Positions 25,986 through 34,124 of a DNA stretch of 64,000 bases are shown here, in pieces (within the stretch, counting starts at the first letter, position 1; each line of letters begins with the position of its first letter). The notes below the pieces were generated by a model that worked only from the letters and a program-made list of their open reading frames with translations, was not told the origin of the DNA and ran no database searches. Source of the DNA: a bacterium. GTDB lineage: Bacteria > Bacteroidota > Bacteroidia > Bacteroidales > UBA3663. Position numbers and translations under genes: made by a program. The stretch covers positions 17,059 to 81,058 of the forward strand of contig CAVFPF010000063.1 of NCBI GenBank assembly GCA_963624265.1. The letters are read 5' to 3'.

Positions 25986-28388
25986 TCACACATCCTTAGA
26001 GCCAGAGTCATCGTGGCCTTCGGCATCTTCTTTCTTCGACTGGGCAAGTTGCTCCATATATTTGTTGGGGGTAATGCCCATCTTCTGCTTGAAGATACGC
26101 GTATAGTACTTCGGGTCGTTGTAGCCGCACATAAAGGCCACCTCGTTCACGCGGTGCTGCAGTGTGTCGAGGAGTTGCACAGAACGCTTCAACCTGATAT
26201 CGTTGATAAAGGCCGCCGGAGTGGTGTCGAGCATCTCCCTAAATCGGGAATACAAGATGGTGCGGCTGATGTGCATATAGTCGGCCAGTTTGTCAACATC
26301 CAACTGCGGGTCGCCAATATGCTCTTCTGTCGTCTTTGTGACAAGCGCCAGGAACTGCCGGTCTTTGTCCTCGACTATCGGTTTGCTGGGCTGTATGCCC
26401 GTGATGATGGCCGGGCCTTTGACCTTGATGATTTTAGTCTCGGGCTTGATGCGACGGTTAGCCTTCCATCCCCAATAGGCCAAGAGAACGAATACCAACA
26501 CTAAGAGAACAGCAACCCCCTTCTGCCACCATATCAGACTCACCCGGATGCAAATGTCACGCTGATTGTCCGACCAATAAATGCCTTGTGCATCCGTACT
26601 TCTCACCTCAAAGACGTGAGTGCCGGGCGACAGACGCCCAATAGGCAACTGCCCCAAACCGCCCAGCATCTGCCAAACACTATCAGACTTCTTGCGCCAT
26701 CCGTACTGCACAAGGCGAGGCAGCCGGTAGTCGATGGCTGTGACACGGATGTCGTTGACGGCCGATCCCCATCCGATGTCAATCGTGTCAGGCACGTTGA
26801 GCAACAAATCGGGCGTATAGCCTGTCGGACGATCCAGATGTATTGTCATTCGACCGAATGTCGTACCTAAGACAATCTGCCCATCGAGGACGAGCGGACT
26901 GGCCTCGCCGAAGGTGACGGTCGTACCGAATGCGGTTTGGTCTATACGGCGACTGTAGCCCGTCGTCGGGTCATAATACTGTACAGCATTGTCCGACACG
27001 AACCACAACTGTCCGTTCGAGTCTCGTGCAATGGCCAGAATGATGTCGTCTTCATCAGGAAGGTCGAGTTTTGTAAGCGACACTTCTTGCAGACTATTCT
27101 CACTGACCTGTTCCGGCAACTGGAACGTAAAGACACCTCCTGACAGGGTCGAAGCATAGAAACGTCCATCGGCACCCTGCTGTACGTACGAGAAGTCGGT
27201 ATTTCCGGTTTGGGCCAAAGTGCGCAGCGAACCGTCGACGAAGACCAGTCCACGCGTACTGCACAAAATATAGAGTTCGGGCGTAACGCAGCAGATGCGG
27301 CGCACTTTGCGAATATCTTCGTTCTCGTGCTGAGAGACGGCCGTCCCCTGTCGGTTGATCGAAATGGTCTGCACGCCTCCGTTCCAGGTGGCAACCATAA
27401 CCGTATCGTAGCCTACGACATGGAGGTCAAAGATATTGTTGTTGCTGAGTGCCGGATCGACATAGTGCCTAACCAGAGGACTACGGTCTGCCCGGCTGTC
27501 CAAAGCGCGGCTTTCAACACAATAAAGCCCCTGTCCGCGGCATCCGAGCCAGATGCGTCCGCAGTTATCCTGCTTTATGGCATAGACTATTGCGCCAAAG
27601 GGAGTTTTCTGCCTGACAACGTTGCCGTCGGCCGTCAAATATCCCAGCAACTGCCATTCGGGACTGTACTTATAGACATAGCCATTCTTGCACCCCAGCA
27701 AATAGCCTCCGTCATGCAAGGCAAGCATCGACCGTATCTCGTCACCGTATTTCTCCTCCGGGGCGCTGTCATCGACACAGTCAGTGGCCTCATAGGGTGT
27801 CTGGCCGAAACTGATTTGATAGAGGGCATCGTCAAAGTTAGCCCAGATATTGCCCTGCCGGTCGGACATGGCCATATAGTGGCTGTTTGTCGTCAGGCCG
27901 AGGCCTTCATACGGGATTACGTAACGGACCGAATCGTGGATGATGACGAGCCCGGTGCTATCGGCAAAGTTGGTCTCACGCACCGGACTAGACTGCCGTA
28001 TGTCAACGCTGTTCAGCTCGATGGGATCGAGCAGTCCGGTCTGCTCGTTGAGGATGTATTCGCGTCTGTCGTTTTGACGGACAGTCCAAATGCGATTGTC
28101 GAGGGTAACGCCGACCTGACGCACGCGCCCTATGTACTCGCCGTCGGAAGAGGCTTTGAAGGTAGTGAATGTCTCGCCGTCAAACCGGCAAACACCATTC
28201 CAAGTCCCCATCCAGATGTATCCGATGGAATCTTGTGCAAAGGAACTGATGATACGGTGTGACAGCCCGTCTTGCATAGTGTAGCGCTGATAATGGATCA
28301 TGTCCTTGGCCAAGACGGGCTCAGACAAGGACAAACAACCAGCTAAGAGAGGCAACAACAGACAATATGCAAAAAATAATATACGCAT
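25986..28388 (-). CDS. Membrane-anchored sensor-regulator: periplasmic beta-propeller plus Y_Y_Y domain, one TM helix, and a cytoplasmic AraC-type HTH. No histidine kinase or receiver domain is present
   Basis: Reg_prop-like repeats are present (IWMGTWNGVCRFD, RIWLGCRGQGLYCV, GQLWFVSDNAVQYYD). There is a Y_Y_Y-like segment (YRLPRLVQYGWRKK...LSPGTHVFEVRSTD), a TM helix (GVAVLLVLVFVLLAYWGW) and an AraC HTH (ISRTILYSRFREMLDTTPAAFINDIRLKRS...VAFMCGYNDPKYYTRIFKQKMGITP). The probable start is the ATG at 28388; the track uses the TTG at 28409. Confidence 0.8.
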   Translation of the reverse strand: MRILFFAYCLLLPLLAGCLSLSEPVLAKDMIHYQRYTMQDGLSHRIISSFAQDSIGYIWMGTWNGVCRFDGETFTTFKASSDGEYIGRVRQVGVTLDNRIWTVRQNDRREYILNEQTGLLDPIELNSVDIRQSSPVRETNFADSTGLVIIHDSVRYVIPYEGLGLTTNSHYMAMSDRQGNIWANFDDALYQISFGQTPYEATDCVDDSAPEEKYGDEIRSMLALHDGGYLLGCKNGYVYKYSPEWQLLGYLTADGNVVRQKTPFGAIVYAIKQDNCGRIWLGCRGQGLYCVESRALDSRADRSPLVRHYVDPALSNNNIFDLHVVGYDTVMVATWNGGVQTISINRQGTAVSQHENEDIRKVRRICCVTPELYILCSTRGLVFVDGSLRTLAQTGNTDFSYVQQGADGRFYASTLSGGVFTFQLPEQVSENSLQEVSLTKLDLPDEDDIILAIARDSNGQLWFVSDNAVQYYDPTTGYSRRIDQTAFGTTVTFGEASPLVLDGQIVLGTTFGRMTIHLDRPTGYTPDLLLNVPDTIDIGWGSAVNDIRVTAIDYRLPRLVQYGWRKKSDSVWQMLGGLGQLPIGRLSPGTHVFEVRSTDAQGIYWSDNQRDICIRVSLIWWQKGVAVLLVLVFVLLAYWGWKANRRIKPETKIIKVKGPAIITGIQPSKPIVEDKDRQFLALVTKTTEEHIGDPQLDVDKLADYMHISRTILYSRFREMLDTTPAAFINDIRLKRSVQLLDTLQHRVNEVAFMCGYNDPKYYTRIFKQKMGITPNKYMEQLAQSKKEDAEGHDDSGSKDV

Positions 28389-28406
28389 GACATTCAGATT
28401 TCGTAG

Positions 28407-28414
28407 CAAAGATA
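28407..28414 (-). promoter_or_regulatory. Candidate -7 box TATCTTTG for the regulator gene
   Basis: The plus strand reads caaagata, about 20 nt upstream of the ATG at 28388. This implies a very short leader. Confidence 0.35.
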
Positions 28415-29116
28415 GTGATTTTTTTTGCAGAAATAGAAAAAAACGAAGAGGGAACCGTCGTATTTTCTCTTTTATGAAACGTTTTTACTCTATTTTGAGT
28501 AAATTCACTTACAAAATCGCAAGATAAATGCTTTCTGACAAAAACATATCGTGGAGAAAAACACACGGAAGAATGGCGAATGACAAACCCAGGGAGAACA
28601 TGTAAAGCAGGCTAAGACTAGTCGACCAAAGCCGAAAGTGGACAAAGGGTTTGATGCAACGAAAGCAAAATCTCCGACCCAAACCCGTAGAAACAGGAAG
28701 AACGGCCCGTCCTCCCGACGTGCCGTTCCTTCATTACCTTAAATCTAATACCATGAAAAACACAGTGCAAAAATAGACATTCTTTCAGAAACACAAAGGC
28801 AACCGATTGCACAATCAACGTTTTTTAACTAAAAAATAAGTGTTAGCAACCGAAAATGACAAGTCCAATGGACAAAAACAATACAGCAACCAACAAAAAG
28901 CAGCAACTCCATGGGGCAAAGGATTCTCCATTCCACAAATACGGCACTAAAAAGTCGAGCGTTTAGAAAATACCAACGACTCTGACTTTGGTCCTTATCT
29001 ACACACAAGGCCGTCAACCGACACGCTATAGTTGACTTTTGGCCAAAAAATCGTAACAATAGACCTTGTTTTGACGGAAAAATGAAGTTTTTTTTGGAAA
29101 AATCAATATAAACCTC

Positions 29117-29124
29117 TATATTTG
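29117..29124 (+). promoter_or_regulatory. Candidate -7 box TATATTTG for rpsU
   Basis: ctctatatttgcc lies about 113 nt before the ATG at 29237. The leader contains complementary segments caggcagg...cttgcctg. Confidence 0.45.
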
Positions 29125-29236
29125 CCCCGTTTATCAAAGTGGTAAACAACAGGCAGGCCATCGGCTACACTAAGAACGGAGATGTAAAAGCGAGGGAGCC
29201 AGGTCTTGCCTGCAACTTAACAAACCCGAGTACGAT

Positions 29237-29431
29237 ATGATCATTGTACCCATCAAGGAGGGCGAAAACATCGAACGCAGCCTGAAGAAATTCAAGCGCA
29301 AGTACGAGAAGACGGGTGTCATCAAAGAACTCCGTCGTCGTCAGCAGTTCGACAAGCCGTCAGTCTGCCGCCGCCGCAAAATGGAGCGCGCTATCTACGT
29401 GCAGCAGTTGAAGGAACGCGAGGCTGAATAA
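29237..29431 (+). CDS. rpsU: 30S ribosomal protein S21
   Basis: The 64-aa basic protein reads MIIVPIKEGENIERSLKKFKRKYEKTGVIKELRRRQQFDKPS, a typical S21 sequence. Confidence 0.92.
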   Translation: MIIVPIKEGENIERSLKKFKRKYEKTGVIKELRRRQQFDKPSVCRRRKMERAIYVQQLKEREAE

Positions 29432-29453
29432 TCAGGCAATCGCACTCCACCCC

Positions 29454-29534
29454 CGACAGAGGGCAGTCGCCCAATGAGGCGTCCCTCCAAACGCCATACT
29501 TGGCTTACAAAGGCTGTCCCTCTGTCGATTTTTT
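29454..29534 (+). terminator. Long-range hairpin plus T-tract after rpsU
   Basis: cgacagagggcag pairs with ctgtccctctgtcg (one bulge). The pair encloses an inner hairpin ggcgt/acgcc and is followed by attttttc. Confidence 0.5.
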
Positions 29535-29669
29535 CTCAAATGTCCTAACTACCATAGAGAAAACCACAAGACTAACAGACGCAACACGTCATCAAAACAC
29601 ATGACAATCGGATTTCCCCTAAGGACGACCGACACAAGACAATAATAACATTCAATACATCCTAACGAA

Positions 29670-30491
29670 ATGAATCACCGCTACATCACCCGCGCCCTCG
29701 GACTTTTGGCCACCGTATTGCTGCTTGGCAGTTGTGTGTCCCGCGAACATTACATCCTCTTTCAGGATGCCGATGACTATCAGGACGCGAAACGTATCGC
29801 CACGACATACGACATCCGCATACAAGCGGACGACCAACTGTCCATCTCTATCGCATCCAAGGATCGCGAACTAGTCGAGGTCTTCAACAACCAGACGGTC
29901 ATCGGCAGCAACTCGGGAGGCGGCGGTTCTATGGGCGGCGGTTCTATGGGCGGTGGCAGCGATGTGACCGGATTCCATGTCGACAACGAAGGCTACATTG
30001 AGTTCCCGATTCTCGGCCGCATCTATGTGGAAGGCAAGTCCCGTAAGGAAGTGGCACAAGACATCCAGAACCGCTTGCGCGACGGACAGTACGTCAACGA
30101 TGCCGTCGTCAACGTCGAACTTCTCTCCTTCCACGTTGTGGTGGTGCGCGGCAATTCCGGCACCATCCTCAACATCAGCAAAGACCGCTGCACTATTGTC
30201 GAGGCAGTTATGATGGCCGGCGGATTTGAAAACGGCACAGACCGCGAAGACATCTTGCTGGTACGTGAAGAGAACGGCGAACTTTGGACTTACCGCGTCA
30301 ATTTCACCCAACTCAGCAACCTCATCAACTCGCCCGTCTACTACTTGCAGCAGAACGATATCGTCTACATCGAGCCTTCAAGCACGCAAAGTCTCGACGA
30401 GAGCGCGAGCTACAGATATATGTCGTCTGTCACAAGCATCCTCAGCTTCGTCGTCTCGGTGGGCGCCATCCTGCTCAGTCTGTCAAAGTAA
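29670..30491 (+). CDS. Outer-membrane polysaccharide export lipoprotein (OPX, Wza-like)
   Basis: There is a lipoprotein signal (LLLGSCVS). A Poly_export-like core (DQLSISI...GFHVDNEGYIEFPILGRIYVEGKS) and an SLBB-like C-terminal half are present. A GGGGSMGGGSMGGGS insertion is also present. Confidence 0.8.
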   Translation: MNHRYITRALGLLATVLLLGSCVSREHYILFQDADDYQDAKRIATTYDIRIQADDQLSISIASKDRELVEVFNNQTVIGSNSGGGGSMGGGSMGGGSDVTGFHVDNEGYIEFPILGRIYVEGKSRKEVAQDIQNRLRDGQYVNDAVVNVELLSFHVVVVRGNSGTILNISKDRCTIVEAVMMAGGFENGTDREDILLVREENGELWTYRVNFTQLSNLINSPVYYLQQNDIVYIEPSSTQSLDESASYRYMSSVTSILSFVVSVGAILLSLSK

Positions 30492-30567
30492 CAGACAGGG
30501 GCGGACGACTATTCAGGTCAAAAATCCAACAGCTTAACATTCACACCACAAACATACATCTCCATTC

Positions 30568-33141
30568 ATGGAAAACATGAAGTACTCCCGCTTTGATGCG
30601 GGCATGGCTACCGGCACATACACGCCCCACAACAATAGCGGGCGGAAACCGAAGAGCGCCAGTTCGCAACGCTTCAACATGAAGGACTTCCTCATGATGA
30701 TGTTGGCCAACTGGTTTTGGTTCATCATCAGCGCCATCATCGCTTTCGGCGTTGGCTACCTCTACTTGCAGACCTTGCAACCCGAGTACCAGAGGTCTAC
30801 CGACCTTCAGATTAAGTTCTCGAAAAGCGACGAACTCGACATGCGCACCTACTTGGGCATACACGACCTGGGCGTCACCAACATGAGTAACGAACTCTAT
30901 ATTCTCAACTCTCTCAAACTGGCTTCGCAGGTCAGCCAACGCATGCATTTAGACGTTCGCTATTATCTGCAAGGGCCTTTCCGCCGCCAATATCTCTACG
31001 AAGACCGACCCTTCACCGTCACCTTTCTGAATCCATACGACGGCGACATCAGTCTCAAAATCGAACCGATATCACCACAGCAATTCCGACTTAAAGAAGT
31101 CATTGCCGGCGGCACTATACAAAACCTCGGACTCGATTCGCTCTACTATTTCTCAGCACCGTTCCTGCTGCCGGGCACAACGCAGACCATGCGTCTTGAC
31201 GTGAGCGACAGCCAGTACCCTTCGTTGGTCAAAGACATCGACAAGACGGTCATCGTAGACCGCTACAGCCCTGAAGCTGCCGCCGCCCGTTGCCACGGCA
31301 TGGTCATAGCCAGTACCCGCGCAGCAGCGATGGTCCGCATCACCTGTACCTCACCGTCGGTGGTCGAGTGTGACTCCATTCTTTGCTGTTTTGTCGCCGT
31401 CTACAACGGCCAGACGCTGGAGGAAAAGAATGCTTTGACTATCAGTTCGGCACGCTTTATAGACGAACGCATACAAGAGACCGCCCAAGAACTGGGTGAG
31501 ACGGAAAGCCGCCTCTTCACCATGGCCGGCGAAGCCGACCTGTCACCGACAAGCACTGCCAGCGATTTCTCCCGCCAGATTAGCGAGCGCGACCGTGCAC
31601 AAGAGGAACTAGCACAGTTGCAGACACAATTGGTGGCTGCACGTGACCTGAAGAAACGCCTCTCAGTAGCCATCGGGCAAAAAGATTACATCCCAGCCCT
31701 GGCCGGCGTAACCGAATCGGGTGTGTCGGGACAGATTTCTGCCTACAATACGCAAGTGATGCAACGCAACCGGCTGATATCCAACTCTTCAGCCAGCAAC
31801 CCTGCCGTGCTCCGCATCGATGCTTCGCTCGACAATATGTCCCTCGCCATCACTTCGGGCATCGATGCCTATATCGCATCTCTCAGTCAAAAGTCCCGTT
31901 TGGCCAGCAGCCGCGTACAGCGCTACTCTAACATCGGTGAGTCAACGCACAAAAACCGATACGACAGTACCAATATCGAGGCCAAGTCACTCAGCATCAC
32001 ACGCGACTACAAGGAGTCGTACTTCTCTTTCTTGCTTAAGAAACGTGAAGAACTACGTCTCCAAATAGCTGTTTCCGAAGCCGACACACGTGTCATCGAA
32101 GATCCGATGGGCTCTACCGCCCCGATTTCCCCCGTGCCCAACAGCATTATCTCCAAGTTCGTGATTGCAGGACTGATTCTGCCAGCTGCCATTATGCTCA
32201 TCGTACTGCTGATGCACACTGGGGTGCGCGGACGCAAGGACATCGAGGAGTCTCTCACGATGCCGTATATCGGCGAGGTGCCCGACTACAACAAAGCGCG
32301 CGACTCGCGCTCGCTATGGGACCGCATACGTGGTGTAGACAACCGCATCAAGAGCAACCGCATTGCTATCACCAACGAGAGCAAGAATGCCCTCGCCGAA
32401 GGCATGCACGTGGTGCAGAGCAACCTTTCGTTTATGTCTGACAGCAAAGGCCACCGTCCCCAGGTCATCCTATTCACGTCATTTGCACCGGGTGCAGGCA
32501 AGAGTTTTGTCTCTGTCAACCTCGCCTCTTGTATGGCCAACACGGAGAAGCGTTCCATTTGGATAGATATGGATATTCGCAAGGGACACAAGAACCAATT
32601 GCTCTTCACCAAGGAGGACTGGGCTCGTCAGCGCCGGGGCCATCGCACCGGACTGTCGTCTTACCTCTCCGGAAAAGCAGCTCTCGAGGATTGTATCTTC
32701 CAGTCTGCCTCCAATAGCCAACTCGACATCTTGCCGGCCGGACAGATTCCGCCCAATCCCGTACAGCTGCTGATGAGCGACAAACTGGACCAGCTCATTG
32801 CCGACTTGCGCCAACGCTACGAGTACATCATCCTTGACACAGTTCCGGCTGCGCTCATCGCAGACTCGTACATCTGTTCGCGTCTCTCTGACCTGCAGAT
32901 TTTTGTCGTGCGTGTAGGTGTCACAGACCGTGCTCTCCTACCCGAAATCGAGAAAATCTATCAGTCGCACAAATTCAAGAACCTCACCGTACTCCTCAAC
33001 GGCTCGTCGCTCAACCGCCGCCGCTACGGCTATGGATACGGCTATGGATACGGCTATGGATACGGCTATGGATACGGATATGGCGAAAGCGATGACAACA
33101 AGAAATCAAAAAGCGCATCCGCTGCCGACGATGAAGCTTAA
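30568..33141 (+). CDS. Polysaccharide co-polymerase / BY-kinase (Wzc/GumC-like, PCP-2a type) with a C-terminal Tyr-Gly repeat tail
   Basis: The 857-aa ORF has an N-terminal TM helix and a Wzz-like periplasmic region with coiled coil, then a second TM helix. It has Walker A (FAPGAGKSF), a Walker B-like motif (YIILDTVPA), and a tail of ten YG dipeptides by DNA count. Confidence 0.85.
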   Translation: MENMKYSRFDAGMATGTYTPHNNSGRKPKSASSQRFNMKDFLMMMLANWFWFIISAIIAFGVGYLYLQTLQPEYQRSTDLQIKFSKSDELDMRTYLGIHDLGVTNMSNELYILNSLKLASQVSQRMHLDVRYYLQGPFRRQYLYEDRPFTVTFLNPYDGDISLKIEPISPQQFRLKEVIAGGTIQNLGLDSLYYFSAPFLLPGTTQTMRLDVSDSQYPSLVKDIDKTVIVDRYSPEAAAARCHGMVIASTRAAAMVRITCTSPSVVECDSILCCFVAVYNGQTLEEKNALTISSARFIDERIQETAQELGETESRLFTMAGEADLSPTSTASDFSRQISERDRAQEELAQLQTQLVAARDLKKRLSVAIGQKDYIPALAGVTESGVSGQISAYNTQVMQRNRLISNSSASNPAVLRIDASLDNMSLAITSGIDAYIASLSQKSRLASSRVQRYSNIGESTHKNRYDSTNIEAKSLSITRDYKESYFSFLLKKREELRLQIAVSEADTRVIEDPMGSTAPISPVPNSIISKFVIAGLILPAAIMLIVLLMHTGVRGRKDIEESLTMPYIGEVPDYNKARDSRSLWDRIRGVDNRIKSNRIAITNESKNALAEGMHVVQSNLSFMSDSKGHRPQVILFTSFAPGAGKSFVSVNLASCMANTEKRSIWIDMDIRKGHKNQLLFTKEDWARQRRGHRTGLSSYLSGKAALEDCIFQSASNSQLDILPAGQIPPNPVQLLMSDKLDQLIADLRQRYEYIILDTVPAALIADSYICSRLSDLQIFVVRVGVTDRALLPEIEKIYQSHKFKNLTVLLNGSSLNRRRYGYGYGYGYGYGYGYGYGYGESDDNKKSKSASAADDEA
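33025..33084 (+). repeat. Five tandem copies of a 12-bp unit (tacggctatgga) encoding (YG)10
   Basis: There are four perfect units at 33025-33072 and one variant unit, tacggatatggc, at 33073-33084. The repeat is in frame with the kinase gene. Confidence 0.9.
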
Positions 33142-33202
33142 CCTCTGGCTTCCGCGACTCTGTAATCTATAACAAGTACTCACACAAACCAACGACAAAG
33201 TA

Positions 33203-34057
33203 ATGCAAACCGACAAAGAATGGGACACCATCATAAAGCCTCACACTGGCTGGCTTGACATCGACATAAAAGGCATTTGGCGCTATCGGAATCTGTACTG
33301 GCAGTTCGTGAAGCGAGACATTGTGACCGTCTACAAACAGACCATTTTCGGTCCATTGTGGTTTTTGGTCCAGCCTATCTTCACCACGTTGATGTACATC
33401 TTTGTCTTCGCCAATTTGGCAGGCATCTCGACCGGCAATATGCCGCCAGCTATCTTCTACATGAGCGGCACATTGTTGTGGGGCTATTTCGCCACTTGTT
33501 TCGGTATTGGCCAAGGTGTATTCTCGGGCAATGCAGGCATCTTCTCCAAAGTCTACTTTCCAAGACTTGTTTCGCCCCTGTCGTCTATGACCTCGGCTTT
33601 CATCAAGATTGCCATTCAAAGCATCCCATTGCTCTGCATCTGGATTTATTATTCTACAGACCCTGACATTCACATACAGTTGGTTTGGGAGTTTGTCCTC
33701 TTCCCGTTATTCTTCATCATCCTCGCATTGACGGGTTTGGGATGCGGACTGATTGTCTCGTGTGTTACCATCAAATACCGCGACCTCGGCAACCTCGTCG
33801 GATTCTTTATGCAGGTTTGGATGTACTTGACTCCGGTCATCTACCCCGTCACCGTATCAAAAGACCGTATGCTCACACGTTTCCTGTACTTTAACCCCCT
33901 ACAGGGCATATTCACCGACTTCCGCTACATGCTCACCGGCATTGGCGAGATGGATTGGATGTCGCTGCTCTACAGCGTAGTCTTCATGGCTGTCGTCCTC
34001 CTCTTCGGCGTTATGGTATTCTCGAAACAGGAACGCACTTTTATGGATACAATATAA
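33203..34057 (+). CDS. ABC-2 type polysaccharide/teichoic-acid export permease (Wzm/TagG/KpsM-like)
   Basis: The 284-aa ORF has six predicted TM segments. Its N-terminal YWQFVKRDIVTVYKQTIFGPLWFLVQP is typical of ABC-2 exporters. Confidence 0.85.
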   Translation: MQTDKEWDTIIKPHTGWLDIDIKGIWRYRNLYWQFVKRDIVTVYKQTIFGPLWFLVQPIFTTLMYIFVFANLAGISTGNMPPAIFYMSGTLLWGYFATCFGIGQGVFSGNAGIFSKVYFPRLVSPLSSMTSAFIKIAIQSIPLLCIWIYYSTDPDIHIQLVWEFVLFPLFFIILALTGLGCGLIVSCVTIKYRDLGNLVGFFMQVWMYLTPVIYPVTVSKDRMLTRFLYFNPLQGIFTDFRYMLTGIGEMDWMSLLYSVVFMAVVLLFGVMVFSKQERTFMDTI

Positions 34058-34124
34058 CGAAACTCGCCATATAACATTATAGTAATCATAGTCCGGAACC
34101 CCGGACTTCAGACCTACGACACAC

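Noticed and set aside
28829-29161. A 110-aa minus-strand ORF and a 66-aa ORF at 28618-28818, considered as possible small proteins.
   Set aside because: Neither has a promoter box or a plausible start context. Both have odd composition (Cys/Phe/Leu-rich), and the larger one overlaps the rpsU promoter region. The interval as a whole is kept as a low-interest finding instead.
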